Shown here piece by piece: positions 1 through 13,594 of a stretch of DNA of 64,000 nucleotides. Below the pieces are notes generated by a model that saw only the letters and a program-made list of their open reading frames with translations, ran no database searches and was not told the origin of the DNA. Source of the DNA: Ostrea edulis (taxonomy: Eukaryota); the NCBI RefSeq assembly GCF_947568905.1, contig NC_079168.1, forward strand, positions 38,688,001 to 38,752,000, in the 5' to 3' direction. How positions within the stretch are numbered: position 1 is the first letter of the stretch; the number at the start of each line of letters is the position of its first letter. Position numbers and translations under genes: made by a program.

Positions 1-607
1 TGTTGAAGTTGTACTTGCCGGGTGATATTTAACCATGTATAGTTTACTTCTTATATGTGCATAAGTGATTTTTAATGGTTTTGTCTTTAACATGTATCGC
101 GGAAATGTCAACCGTGTTGTTTCGGCAATTAGAATATAGAAATAGACTTGCAATGTAATTTGAGAAGAACCGCCCAAACCCGTGTAGTGATTTTGGGGGG
201 GTGGATTTTTAGTATTTCTGGTCGGGCTCGGAGTCCTCTGAGCCTGCACGTGATTTTCTCTCTCTCTTACCCGCGAACTCTAGGCAATCGGACGTGTTTT
301 AGAAAGTGCAGCAGTGTAGTTATTGTATTTGTTAACCCCTTGCAAGTTGTTCTGTGTATTTGTGAATATATCTGTTTATAAGTGTTTTCCGGTGTTCTTT
401 GTGTGTAGGAAATCACTTTACCCGCATTGTTCGATTTGAAACATCATGGATCCCATAGACACAGTTTGTAATGCAAGGGATATTCTTGCTAGATTTTGCA
501 ATGTTATTCTCCTATAATAGAAGAGAAAGCTACTATTTAAGACTCTTTAATGCTGTGGATTGAGTTTTAAATAGAAGGTTAGCAAATCATTTTGTAATTG
601 AGACAAA

Positions 608-918
608 GTCAAAACCTAAATACAAGGAGAACTAAACATGTTCAAAACCTAAACACAAAAGAGGTAAACGTGTTCAAAACCTAAACACAATAAGGGTAAA
701 CATGTTCAAAACCTAAACATAATAAGGGTTAAACATGTTCTACACCTAAACATTAAAAGAATTAAACATGTTCAAAACCTAAACACATTGGATTAAACAT
801 GTTTAAAACCTAAACACAGAAAGTGTTAAACATGTTTAGATTTAGAACGCGTTCAAAACTGTACACAAGAAATGTGTTTAACTTTGTGTTTAGGATCTAA
901 ACACCATTTTTAGAGTGT
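608..918. repeat. ~31-bp tandem array (aacatgttcaaaacctaaacac...) ending in a CACTCTAAAAA-type terminus; probable one end of an EnSpm/CACTA-like non-autonomous element
   Basis: About 8 degenerate units; tttttagagtg at about 907-917. The opposite terminus is not seen. Confidence 0.55.
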
Positions 919-2907
919 ACCACTTGCTATTGTCACAGTGTGAAAACAACAACCGTGAGAATGTCGATTTTTACTCAACGGATAAATTGCAGTATTTCAC
1001 TGTTGAAAATGTAATAAAAGGTTGTATTTACATTACACATCCTATATCAATTTTCATGTACACTGATTATTATTTTCAACATCTTAAAATTTCGTTTTTA
1101 AGGAGGGAGGGGTGTTGATGAAGACTATATGTGAATTTAGGTTTTTGTCAGACATTGAACCTTTATCAATAAACATTGTAAATTCGTTTGTCATTTTTAA
1201 TTCTCAAAGCTCAACAGTTTAAATTGTTTAAAAAAAATCAAGAGACTGTTTATGTTATGAAGGAACCCATAAAATCGATATTAGTAAGCACAAGAAGCAT
1301 CATTCTATTGATTAGTTCAGTTTGAGTTCAACATTGAATTCGGCTCGCAAGTATTTAAAATCAGCCCGAGAATGCCGCCTCTAGCTGTAGGCGGCGAAAT
1401 TTCCAGTTTAAGTAATGTTCTGATGTTTTCCTGGCACGGTAAATATCAAAATCATAAGAAAACCAGGAAAACGTCAGATATTTCGGACTAGGCGGATAGG
1501 AAAGACCGAATATAAATACCCCCATGCCCCTCGTTTCCATAGAAATTACAGAACGATGTGAACTTACATGTAGGTGCACGAGATTCAAAATGGAGGAATT
1601 ATGTCCGCGCGGTTGCATTCTTGAAAATGAACGCCATTTTGACAAAACTTTTCAAGTTCAATGACAATAAATATGGTTTAATTTTTCATCAGTTTTCTAT
1701 ATGTGTACATGTATATACGTGTTATCTATAAGGAGAGCTTTGTCCTGTATAAAGTTGATCGAGTTTGAAATTGACAACAGTTTGTGTAGACAAACTCCCC
1801 GTCGCGGCCTCATTGCGTCACCTATTTATGATTGTGAGCAAACGAACTCTGGCGGAAGTTTGTTCGTGTAGAATAATGACATGTGGAACGCAATCCTAAC
1901 AACTCGGCCATTTCCGTAACCGACAAATAACATTTGTTACGATTGATGTGGAACGGTGCATGCATTTGTCACAGCAGTACGTAACGCAATTTCCGTAATA
2001 TAAATCGCCGACAAAGACTACAATACGTCATAATCAGCAGCTTCTGGGAGCAGGACCAGTAACCCATTCTCTTCCCTGTTTCATGATAATTTACCGTCTG
2101 GGTTCAAGTATTTAGGCTATCTCCTTGCCCATCGGTTCAAGTTCTGCTCGTCTGTCACGTTTGCATGCGGAACTTGAGATCTGTAGCATTTAATGCTAGT
2201 GGTGACGGTAGAGCAGTAGTTGGGAGTTGTTTTCAGTCGTGCACTGGTGATACTAATTTCTTCAGTGTTGGTTAAATTCTTCAGTGTTGGTGTTGCAATA
2301 GTCAAGTACAGTCAGATAATCCTCGGTAGATTCGTTATATGCTTTCGAATAAAACCTTGTAGGGAATGTAGCGATCAACTAACAAGGGAAAATCCATATC
2401 CCTTTCTAACCCCTAAATATCTTGATTCTAAACTCTTTTCCATTCGTAAATTTTATAATTTCATAAAATTTCTATTTGAATATTTAAGTGAGTTTGACTT
2501 TTAATATTTCGTAAATTCTGTTAGTGATATTTACCCTTGTTTTGATTAGCTTCGAGGGTGGCATTTCGGGGATACTGTTTTTAACTAGGGAATAAAAGGA
2601 AATTTGAGTCACCGATGTGATTTGTTTTATTCTTACACTGATTGGCTTTTTATTGCCTTTGAATTTCTATCGTAAAGTGATTCCTATTATGGCTGACAGC
2701 CGCCGTTTAACATGTAATGGCTGCCTTGGTGGTTAATCAGGGAAACTGTAGTGAGAAACATTTTCCGCGGTTTTCACTATATGACGGACGAAGGAACGAT
2801 TCAGATTTGCTTTTCCCGAACATGAAGTTTTATTCCGAGATCCTTTTTTTAAAATCCAATTTCTTTAAAACTTTTTTTTCTTTTAAACAAATGATACATT
2901 GGTGCTA

Positions 2908-3064
2908 TAGTACGAAAGCCGGATAGGCTCATTTTTGGAAAGTAAATTTTTTTTAACTCGTTATAATGAGATAATTAACACGTTATAATGAGATAATTAA
3001 CTCGTTACAACGATTTTAGATATTTTTTACTCTTTAAGAATGAGCCCAGCCTGCTTTCGTACTA
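2908..3064. mobile_element. Small MITE-like element with ~40-bp imperfect TIRs (tagtacgaaagc...gctttcgtacta) and internal ~22-bp repeats
   Basis: The left arm atagtacgaaagccggataggctcatttt matches the reverse complement of the right arm; ttaactcgttataatgagataa occurs about 3 times inside. No clear TSD. Confidence 0.6.
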
Positions 3065-4099
3065 TGGCCAGTATAGTGCTAAAAGGAAGAATTTTGTTGG
3101 GTGGGTGACAGACGAAGTAAGTCGTGTAAATGTCGCTTAAATCACACGACAACAGAAAAATCACAGATATGGGAACTAATAAACCTGTCACTTGCTGTTC
3201 AAACGTTTTAGATTTAATCACCAATGTATCCGTCAACGGGATTTCAATGGCGAGAGTTCTAGTAAACAGAGACATTCATTTTAGGCTAATTTGTATTGGG
3301 AATAGAAGACGTAATCCGTATTTTCTCCACCGTGCAACGAAACCAATTTAAAAATAGCCAAGGCATTCCCTTATCTACATGTATATTTCTTCTTGAAAAT
3401 CGACATAATAAAAGAACAGATCAAGGCAATTTTAATATTTTAGATAAGTACCATTAAAGTTTAATACGAAATTTTTGGAATGGCTATATCGTAAGCTACT
3501 CATCATTTCTCTAATTTTGCGGGTTTTGTAAAGATATATTGATAATTTTTGCAGTGTCCATGCGATGAAAGTGTATTCTTTCATTTTCTTGACGTGGATC
3601 CATGGAGATCTCTTTGTTGCGAAAATAAACAAAATGCATAAAATTGTGCAGTTGCTCAAACTTTGTCAGAGAAATTACAGGAATGATACAAGGGCTGGCG
3701 GGTTGGTACAGTCGTTGGATTTGGTGATTTAGTCATAGGTACGAGTAATTAGGAAACCCATTCAAAAATGTCAAGTTTTAGGTGTCAGTCTCTTAAGTAA
3801 GGAGACAGGAGGGGTCAAAAATATTTTCTCGTCATTTCAAAAACTGGAAATAATTACTTCAGAAATTAATTTCATTTTTGAAAATGCATGTTCATGAGAG
3901 TATGAGCCTGTGTGAGGTGTGGCAGTTCATGTCCTCATGTCACGCGCTTCATCAAAAGGTATGCCGACGTGAAGGTGGTAGTTCATACTCTCATGAATGA
4001 GATTTGTGCAATGAACTATAACCGACGGCAATGTAAAATTCATTTGTTTTGGGGGTTTTTTTTTGGGGGGGGTCAAGAATTTTGTACACATGTTAAGAG

Positions 4100-4330
4100 A
4101 CGTCACCATCTTTCCTACAACATTAAAACACACTCCCAGTGGATGAGATGTCACCAGCTTCACTGCAATATTAAAACACACTCCCAGTGGATAACGTGAC
4201 CAGCTTTACTGCAATATTAAAACACACTCCCAGTGGATAACGTGACCAGCTTTACTGCAATATTAAAACACATTCCCAGTGGAAAACGTCACTAGCTTTA
4301 CTACAACATTAAAACACACTCCCAGTGGAT
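4100..4330. repeat. 46-bp minisatellite, ~5 units
   Basis: ttaaaacacactcccagtgg recurs at 46-bp spacing (e.g. 4171, 4217). Confidence 0.9.
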
Positions 4331-4468
4331 ACAGTGTAAATATCAGAAATGGAATATGATGATTTTATCTTCATTAATTTGATCTGATTTCACTTTCCGT
4401 TTCCTCTTCATTTTAGATTTCTTTTCCTCTACGAAATCCTTTCTTGCATCTCTAAACAAAAGGCTACT

Positions 4469-4659
4469 ATGAAAGGTGAAGATAATGAACAGTAATCAAT
4501 CTCATAATTCCTATAAGCAATACAAAATAGAGAGTTGGGCAAACACGGACCCCTGGACACACCAGAGGTGGGATCAGGTGCTTAGGAGGAGTACGCATCC
4601 CCTATCGACCGTTCACAACCGCCGTAAGTCCTATATCCGGATCAGGTAAACGGAGTTAT
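4469..4659 (-). mobile_element. Naiad-like Penelope retroelement 3' tail
   Basis: Same gaaaggtgaagataacgaacagtgatcaatctcata...aggtgggatcaggtgcctaggaggagtaagcatcccc segment as the RT-bearing copies at 12522 and 17791. Confidence 0.8.
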
Positions 4660-7603
4660 TATATAGCTAATAAATAGTCTGATATAAAATCTGCGTAAAA
4701 TCTAGAGAATGTTAGCGTTCAATGTCCTGAAAAGTGTGATTATTGTGACCGTATGTTTGAGTTCCTTTTAGACGTTTTGACTAGGTGGCATATAATGAAT
4801 GCATTATAATAACACGATGATTAAAAGTAAAACTTTAATTTTCTATTGTAACCCTGCTGTTGTACTTACAATTTTGATTATGTTTGCAAATTCTTCTCAA
4901 CTAACGTTGTGTGTAACAACATAGTTTCATATTTTGGAAAAAGTTGTATGGTGTTTGACTGGGGGGTATCACCGTCAAATTGTGTCGCGAACCGTTATTG
5001 CCTACCCATGACCTTGAGCAGGTATCAAACAAATGATGATGCGTAGTGGATATTTCTTCAGGAATAGTTGTACAACAGGAATATTACATTTGTACAAGAG
5101 AAAAGTCAAGGCTAAATTTTAAATAAGCTCAAACTCAGAGGTTAAAATGGTCCTGATAAATCAACGCCATCGTTACCTGGGTACAGCTGTTCCTTACGAT
5201 CGAGTACTACCATGATAACGCGTGTTTACCAGTGTCCTTACTGTTCTATAGATACAGTAAAACACACTCACATCGGATTGCTGAGGATGGACAATTTTGA
5301 TTCGTTATAAACGTAATTCGTTAAATCCAATTCATTATTAACGTGTTCGCTGTAACCGTGTTTTACTGTACGTGTCATTTCGTAATATTTACATTTCAGA
5401 ATCTAAGTTTTTGCCTTTGATATCGTAACAAATTGTAATGATAGCCATTTCCTAATGAATGCGCTGTATTTGTGAACAATGAGTGTATGAATCTGGATGC
5501 ATGTGTATACAGTAGTCTATTATACGGCTGGGAATTACAAACAGAAATAAAAGTAGAAAGTAAATGATAAAAAACATTTCCTCGCCCGTTGTCAGTCTTG
5601 AAACATGATTAGAAATGATAATCCATTTTTATACTTGATGGCATTATCTTGGAGACAATTTATGCTGAAGTTCTTGACATATTTCTGTCGCCGGAGACAT
5701 TTTGTGACAATGTTACACGGCATACCAGAATAATTGTAACTTCATACATAATGAAATATGATTAAAATAAAATATATACATATATCTCCGTTTAGTTTCG
5801 TCTCAGCAGCCTTTGTATTTTATCGGCAGTATCTGCGGCACATTCAATATGTCGCCAGCAGCAATCCTTCCCCACAGATGACGATATGGGGTGATATAAA
5901 TGGTCAGACGACAGTGACCTCTTTAAACTCAACATGAAAACCGATATCATGTTATATCACAAAATGGTGTTCCATGAAGAAATGGATAATTTCTGCAATC
6001 TTTTACATCATATGCAGGTTTCAGCAAGTTTACGTTGCGGAAACCATCTGGATACGCGGAAACTTGCTGAAACGTGAAGTTTCCATGCGGAAAAATATAT
6101 CTAAGTTTCCGCAGTGTTTCAGTCTTGCGGATACTGCATTTTTCATCCAGTGTATCGATTGTACAAAATGTCCAACTTTTCCATTGTTTTATAACACAAT
6201 CAAACAAGACATTTATTCTTTAAATACTAGCAACCTCACTATCAATATTTTGTGGAGTTCATGAGCTTGATATGCAAAGAACATAACATGTGAAAGTGCA
6301 ACCGTGGGAGAGTGGTGGTGCATACAGATTAAATTACAAGTCCCACTGAGAGGCAACCTAAAAACTTCTGATTAGAATTTATCCTTCCCCAGTATGTCCA
6401 TTTGTTTCTTTATGGGTTTTCCTTCGTCATGTGGAGTAAGTACCTCTGTTGTTTTTATTCTATTGATTTGATGCACCAAAGATTAGTCGTTACGTAAGCA
6501 CACAGAAGAAGGAATTTCAACAGTCTAGGATTTCTTTATACTTAATCAAATAACAGTTAGTGTTAGAGAGGAATGAAGTGGACATTTTCTGTGATACGGA
6601 ACACGCACGGCGATATGCCCTTACGCGTCATCAGCCAAATCCTTAGATTGACACGTGTACGTCACTGTTGTAGTTTAATTGGTTCAATATATATCAATAT
6701 TACAAGCTAACGGGTTCAAAAGTACATGTACACATAATAAAAAATTGAGTGATTTTCCAAATTACAAAGAAAACTAGAGTAAAAAAGGAAACTGAGAAGC
6801 ATGGATGCAGCAAGTCAAGAACTCTCTGGAAAGACTCTCCGACATTATTGATGTATCTGTGCTCCTCAGTATTGCTATGAATGATATCACAAGGTCAGGA
6901 TTTCTCATTTATAAAGACGTCAATAGCGAGCTTACTAATAAGCGAATTTTGTCATGAAATGTACAACGTTCCAACCTTCATGCAATAAAGCATTGGAGGT
7001 TTTTTTTGGGGGGTGTGTGTAAATTTTAGACTTCTTGAGGAATAGGATATGATAAAACAGATCATGAATTCCAGGTGGGTTTTTGGGGGGGGGGGGTTAT
7101 TCTGGAAACCCGATTGTTGGTTCTAAAATAAAGCACAGACGTAGAATTCCTTGTTTTTTTGAGAGAACAGATAAATACATAGACAATTCTTCCTTCTTAA
7201 TAAACAACCTTTATGTACTCTCTCCATAGCAATACACCAACAGAAAATTAATTAATTTAACACAAGAGGAAACTATAAATATTCATAAAGATATCACACT
7301 TGTTTTATCGGCTTTGTACGCGAATTACCAATGTCTGTTAGAGATAGATGCCGTGAACACTTAATACAATCTATATAACATTTCAGTCTATTTTGGTCTA
7401 TGCTTGCATTCATGGAAACTGACGCCAATAGCCAGAATTCACCGCTGATTGATATAAATCTGGTAACAAAATCTTGATGCTCACAAACTTGAATGTCGTT
7501 TTTCATTTCAAAAGATCAGTGCAACTTCACAAATAATGTCCATTTAAAGATATAAACCACAATATATATTACTTTCTTTGCTGAGCGTTACTAAGCATGA
7601 GGC

Positions 7604-7894
7604 CAGGGGCGTAGCTAGGACTATTTCAATGTGTAGGACCGAAAGATGAAACCAATTAAAAGTTTCACCGAGACACGAAGCGCCGAGGGGGAGGGTAGTT
7701 GCGGGAGGGGTTCAGGGGGTCATACCTTATAAAAAGAAAAGACCCGATGGAAGTATAATTTTATATCCGATTTTAAAAACTAGAAAATATATATGAACAT
7801 TTTGCAAACATTTATGGACAAGAATGTGTTTTGAAAATGAAAATAAAAAATGTGTAGGCACGTGCTACTCGAGCCTAATGAAGCTATACACCTG
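7604..7894. mobile_element. Harbinger-type MITE (CAGGGGCGTAGCT...AGCTAtaCaCCTG)
   Basis: Degenerate terminal inverted repeats; about 290 bp; non-coding. Confidence 0.5.
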
Positions 7895-8470
7895 GTTGCC
7901 ACATAACTATGTACAAATGAATATTATGTATTAGAGTCATTAAAATTTATCGCTTCGTTTATTAAGAACACTAAAAACTGTTCACAAATCATATAGAACC
8001 TTTTTTTTTTTAAATTCCCTTGTTTATGAAACATTGCTGGTTTCTTGTGTATTTGTGCATGTGCAAGCTGATTTTTCTCCCATGTATACGGTTAAGTGAT
8101 ATACTATTAGTAAAGATCGCGACTTGACGGAAAAGACCGAGCGATGTTCCGTTTGTCTCCGGTGAAAACGTACACTTGTGCATGTGCAAGCTGACTTTTC
8201 CCTTTAGCATCCGATTTAACTTCGCTATTTTCAGAGTTAATAAATTCCTTGTCCTTTTATATCATCTTGTATAGGTGGATGCCGATACACGTTTCATGTG
8301 TTGTTTTTAATTGTAAATATGATATACAAATTAAAGGTTTGAATACAAATTCCTACCACTTGCGAAGTACTCGCCTTATTATAATGGATTACAATTGTCA
8401 TAAAGCATGGCACATAACGCGCACGCACACACACACACACACGCACACAGTGACGCACACATCTGCATAC

Positions 8471-8623
8471 ATAGAGGATATCTATATTGCGTGTTTTGAT
8501 ATTTGGTTTATCCAACGAGTTGATATGGTGTATTTATTCGCGAGGCTTGCCGAGCGAATAAATACACCATATCAACGAGTTGGATAAACCAAATATCAAA
8601 ATACGCAATTATAGATGCTCTAT
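8471..8623. mobile_element. Long palindrome (~70-bp arms, 12-nt loop gaggcttgccga); probable Crypton-type non-autonomous element end
   Basis: The arms are reverse complements. Nearby 8910-8940 resembles sequence next to the Crypton palindrome at 41460-41490. Confidence 0.6.
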
Positions 8624-9799
8624 TTATCTCATGCGTCTTCTTTTCACTTAATTTTGAGATGATCCCCAGTATGGTAGAAACAGCTGATTTAATTTGTTTT
8701 GAAACCGTGGCTTAGACGTCGTGCTTAATCTGTCTTCCTTACGCGGGAAAAAATAGTGCGCTTATAATCCATTGATATACAGTACAAAAGGGCATTTTTA
8801 TAAAAGAAGGGATTATAGTTTATAACTAATAATGGTTTTGCCATTCCAACAAAGTAACAACTATTGACCGAGTATTTATTTTTTGACGTAGGCCTGACCT
8901 TCTGATAAAAGTTTGATGTCGTCGTCGTTTTGAAATAAACATGTGTAACAACAATTAATGCAAGTAATATGTTAATGCAGTGTTATTAGAATGTTCAACA
9001 GTTTACAATGAAAAGTAGAAGTGTTTGTGCATTTTGATTTTATTACGTAGTTTCTTTGGATCTGATGGCGAGAGGAAATCCAGAGGCATTTTAGATAGGG
9101 CTAGCATAGCAAGTAAAGCTGTTGAGATTTGTTACATTCAATATGCTCCAGGGGAAAAAAAAGAGACTGTGCTTGTGAATACTTGGTACCACAGCATGTC
9201 GAGGTACTTTCGATTATGCTTGTCCAGTAGGCGGTCGATGATAATAGTGTGCACATATTTTTGTTTTCTGATCGTAATTTTTTAGTAGTTATTGACCGAG
9301 TTGGCATTTTTATGGCCGGTAACTTGCATTATATATCAGTGGGGGCAACATCATTTTAATTTTGCTATAAAATAAATTTTAAATAAATACAGAATAACAG
9401 GTTTTACGCTTTATTTCATGCATCGATAAACACAGAAAATATGTCATCCAAGCGGGGACAGTGTCAAAAGTAGTTCGGACCGGAAGTGTTTTATCAAACG
9501 GGCGTGTAATAAAGCTAATGCTTTATCTCACTTTCAATATACACCACACGTATGAGATAAATACATGTATATGCATACACTTATATACACATGCACTTAT
9601 ATACACATGCACTTATATACACATGCACTTATATACACATGCAGTTAGCATGAAATGTATTTTAGTTATGTGAATCTATTAGAGTTCAGAATAAATCTCT
9701 ACACAGCAGAAAATATTTTGCTGTTAGTTTGATTTCCTGAATTTTCGTTACCCCAATGTAAAAGCCATGTCTCAGAAATAGATAATTCATGTGTTTGAA

Positions 9800-10075
9800 A
9801 TAGTCCGTTGAACATATCATTTCTTGGACTTGAAAGTCTTTTACAAACAACGAAAAAAAAACCGATATGTGTCTTCTATTTTTCCACAAAGACAAGTAGA
9901 ACAACGAATCTTTGGATGGGATTATTATTCTAGCTGCGTGCAGCTACACTTTTTCTAATTTCTCGATTTCTGCGGAAAAACAACCATTCCGTGCAACAGA
10001 AGCGTCTTCTAATCTTGGTCTAACAAAAGATTTATATCCAATTTTGCTAATTTATCTCTACATAGAGTAGATTTA
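9800..10075 (-). mobile_element. CR1/L2-clade LINE relic (RT thumb)
   Basis: The minus strand reads FVRPRLEDASVARNGCFSAEIEKLEKV*LHAARII, similar to the CR1 motif FIRPxLEYA...LEKVQxxAARI. Confidence 0.7.
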
Positions 10076-10249
10076 AGTAATTCTGTGTGGGGGTTTATTT
10101 GAATTGCTTACTATGTCGTTGATATACACAGAAAATTTAAATCATCAAAATAAAGTCAAACCAAGATGTTTGTGACAAGAAACAATTTCTAATTGACAAC
10201 ATTAAAAAAGCAATTTTGGAATTTCATTATGTTTCGTATCCAACAGACC

Positions 10250-10545
10250 CTTCCTTCTATTTCAAATTAAAAAGAATCTGTTATCAATGTCGCAATCCTA
10301 CATATATCCATATTTTACGGGGTTTCCTTCTATTTCAAATTAAAAAGAATCTGTTATCAATGTCGCAATATCCTACATATATCCATATTTTACGGGGTTT
10401 CCTTCTATTTCAAATTAAAAAGAATCTGTGATCAATGTCGCAATCCTACATATATCCATATTTTACGGGCTTTCCTTCTATTTCAAATTAAAAAGAATCT
10501 GTTATCAATGTCGCAATCCTACATATATCCATATTTTCGGGGTTT
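10250..10545. repeat. 73-bp minisatellite x4
   Basis: ttcaaattaaaaagaatctgttatcaatgtcgc recurs at about 73-bp spacing. Confidence 0.9.
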
Positions 10546-11663
10546 CGATTTACAAAGCCTATTCGTTGCGTTATATATTGTGGGTTTGATTTCTTTTTCA
10601 TTGGGATTTTCTACTAAAACTATACTTTTTTTTTTTTTTTAGCTAATCAGGTAAAGTTGTAAGTTTTGAATTTCATTATATGATTGTATACATCCTCCAC
10701 TTTCCATCTCGATCAGTTTCTTCTACAATTTGTCCTTGAGTCCTCTGATGACGGAAATTATATCTTTCTTTTTTTTTTATCAATAAACTTCTTTTTACCC
10801 ATTTCTGTAGAGAGAGATATCACTATGTATATTATACTAAAGATAAGCAGTCTACATGGGAAAAAAAAACACCCTGATTTTTCAAGGAAAGTTTCTTATT
10901 CCCTTTAAAAATGTTAAAGTGTGTTATGTAAATTATTTTTCAAAACGAATTTAAAAAAAAATAATTGAGAAGTTTTCTTTTAATTCTATATCATTCAAAA
11001 GGAAGTACGAAATATTCTTCTGTATTTTAATTTCTTTACAAAGATCGTGACGATCTACCGTCAGTGCGTATTCAATCGAAGTAAAATTACAAAAAGAATA
11101 ACATGAAATTGACGTAGCCTTCTACATTGAACACTGAGGATCTGATGTTCGTTAATTAATTGACCTTACATATACATTGAAATGACAATGCATGATGTTG
11201 AGTGCTGATATGGGAAATTTCCCGTCCAAATATATATATAAAAAATCAGTACACGGTTAATCCTTGGTACCCATTTGCAACGTCTTATTTTAGAAACCTC
11301 TTTCAATCTGGTCTATTCATAATCAACTACAACGAGTCATTGCATTAACAGAACACATAGTGCAGATATATGTCTATTCGCGGAGGACCATGCTTAGTAA
11401 TTAAAACAACATCATTACCGTCAGCAGGAGTCGGGATCGAGACGCCATAAAATACGGGAACACGTGGGATCGCGACATTGATAGCATCTTCTTTTTAATT
11501 TAAAATAGAAGGAAGGGTCTTTGGGGTAAAGGAAATGCATGTATATGAGAAAATTTTCTCCTGATATATGACTAATTTATATTCCACTTTGTTTTCTACA
11601 AATACAGAGAACATTGTATATAGTGTCACAGCCCACTCGTTTATCCCTTACTTCAGCACTACC

Positions 11664-11835
11664 ATGAAAGGTGAAGATAACGAACAGTGATCAATCTCAT
11701 AACGCATATAAGCAATACAAAATAAAAAGTTGGACAAACACGGACCCCTGGATATACCAGAGGTGGGATCAGGTGCCTAGGAGGAGTAAGCATCCCCTGT
11801 CAACTGGGCACACCCGCCGTGAGCCATACAACATG
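11664..11835 (-). mobile_element. Naiad-like Penelope 3' tail
   Basis: Near-identical to the other tails in the window. Confidence 0.8.
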
Positions 11836-12520
11836 ATTTCTAAGTCTACCTAAAATTGTTTATATTATAAAAATGATCTAGACTTAATAATTTATAATAA
11901 TTGATATGTATACATACGAGGGTAACAAGCCGTGAACATCATGATTATTACTGTAGTTCATGTGATAGACTGGAGTCTACGTAAGCTTCAGAACTCATTG
12001 TGTACATGTACTCTTACTCTCATGACTAATTATCAAGACACAGTAAATTATCATTATAGACAAAGTCGATAAAATACATCCCACCACAACCCTTGGTAAT
12101 GAACAATGGTCTATTTCGTAAACTCCATAAAGAAAGAGAGAGAGCAAACACGGACCGCTGTACACACTTCGCACTCGTGAGAATATAGGGAGGGGGGTGG
12201 AATCCTGTCTCACTCGTGAAATAAATTCTATATCCAACAACAAAACATGGAATATCCTCAATATAATAAGTACAGACTGAACCATTGTTGATTGAATTTT
12301 TTAGAGAAGGAATCGCCAACTCTCAAAGGGAGGCAATTTTTAAAATGTGAAAACTAGGACGGGGTTTAAAAATCTTTTCAGAGTCACGGGGATAGTAATG
12401 ACAGAAATACCTTATTGTATTGACTTTTTTTTTTATTATTTTCTGAATCGCATGAAACAAAAGATTAAGAAATCGTATTAATTCTTAAATACTGTGCACC
12501 TATGATTACGTTTGGTTGTA

Positions 12521-13594
12521 TGAAAAGGTGAAGATAACGAACAGTGATCAATTTCATAACTCCTATAAAGATAAAGATATCATAACGAACAGTGATCAAT
12601 GAAAAAGTGAAGGTAACGAACAATGATCAATGAAAGGTGATCAATCTCATAACTCCTATAGGCAACACAATATAGAGAGTTGGGCAAATATGGACCCCTG
12701 GACATACCAGAGGTGGGATCATATGTCTATATGGGGAGTAAGCATCCCCTGTCAACCGGTCACACCTGACGTGCGCCCCATATCTCGACAGGCAAACGGA
12801 GTAATCTGCAGTCACAATCAGTGTGTGAAGAACCACCTAACAATTGGTATGAAACACGACAGACAGCATTCGACCCAATGATAGGTTGTATTGGCAAACT
12901 AGATTGTTATAACGAACATAGAGTTTGCGAAATGCTGACTTTGAACGAGACTGTTGAACATACTGTAACATCAACTTGTTTGTCAGTAGCCCGTTTCGAT
13001 TCAAACACAACAGAACAAGCTCTTGTGTATCGAATCAGTTCAGAGACATAAACACGATATGCAGGTGATAGTGGAATATTGCTACATATATATAGGAAGT
13101 TGATGATAGAGAAGCTGAAATCACACTATTCAAGTTGAGTTGTATGTTTGCCGTTAATACATGTATCTTTGTTCAATAAAATATCTAAGTACGAAGCCGA
13201 TGTGAAAGAATCTGGTGTCTTTTATTTCAAGTTCACATGGATATATCGAATCGACATGTGAATGAAAATGATTATTGTTAACAGATAAAACGTCGTTAAC
13301 ATTTCTGAATGTTGAGTAGAAGGCCACGCAGCAAGAGATTTTTCTTCTCATTTTGAAGCTTTTGTATGAATTCTGCCTCGTAAGAATATAAAACAGTTCA
13401 GCTAATAAAGGAGCACAATTCTTGCCCATGGAAATTCCAACAGACTGTTGGAAGGCCTGATCACCAAGGACTACGCGCAAATACTCTAAAGTTGATATTA
13501 AGAAGATGCTGAAGTTCCTCATTGACAATATCCACGTAGCGTTTGGTGATCAGGTCTTCAAGGAGTATGTTGGAATTCCCTTGGGCACGAATTC
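12521..13594 (-). mobile_element. 5'-truncated Naiad-like Penelope element with RT relic, tandemly stuttered 3' end and inverted 5' piece (13491-13594)
   Basis: GISMGKNCAPLLAELF and FRNVNDVLS (degenerate RYIDD) motifs. The ORF ends ...VFHTNC* with no C-terminal GIY-YIG. A + strand fragment reads VDIKKMLKFLIDNI...GIPLGTN. Confidence 0.85.

Noticed and set aside
150-520. Possible retroelement 5' UTR with ORF start MDPIDTVCNARDILARFCNVILL*
   Set aside because: It is too short and unassignable without a database search.
1340-2500. GC-richer block with hairpin gccgcct..aggcggc as a promoter or novel element
   Set aside because: No coherent ORF, termini or TSD could be established. It is probably an old DNA-transposon fragment.
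5180-5215. Minus-strand first exon MVVLDRKEQLYP(G)|gtaacg
   Set aside because: I found no compatible downstream exon or recognisable homology.
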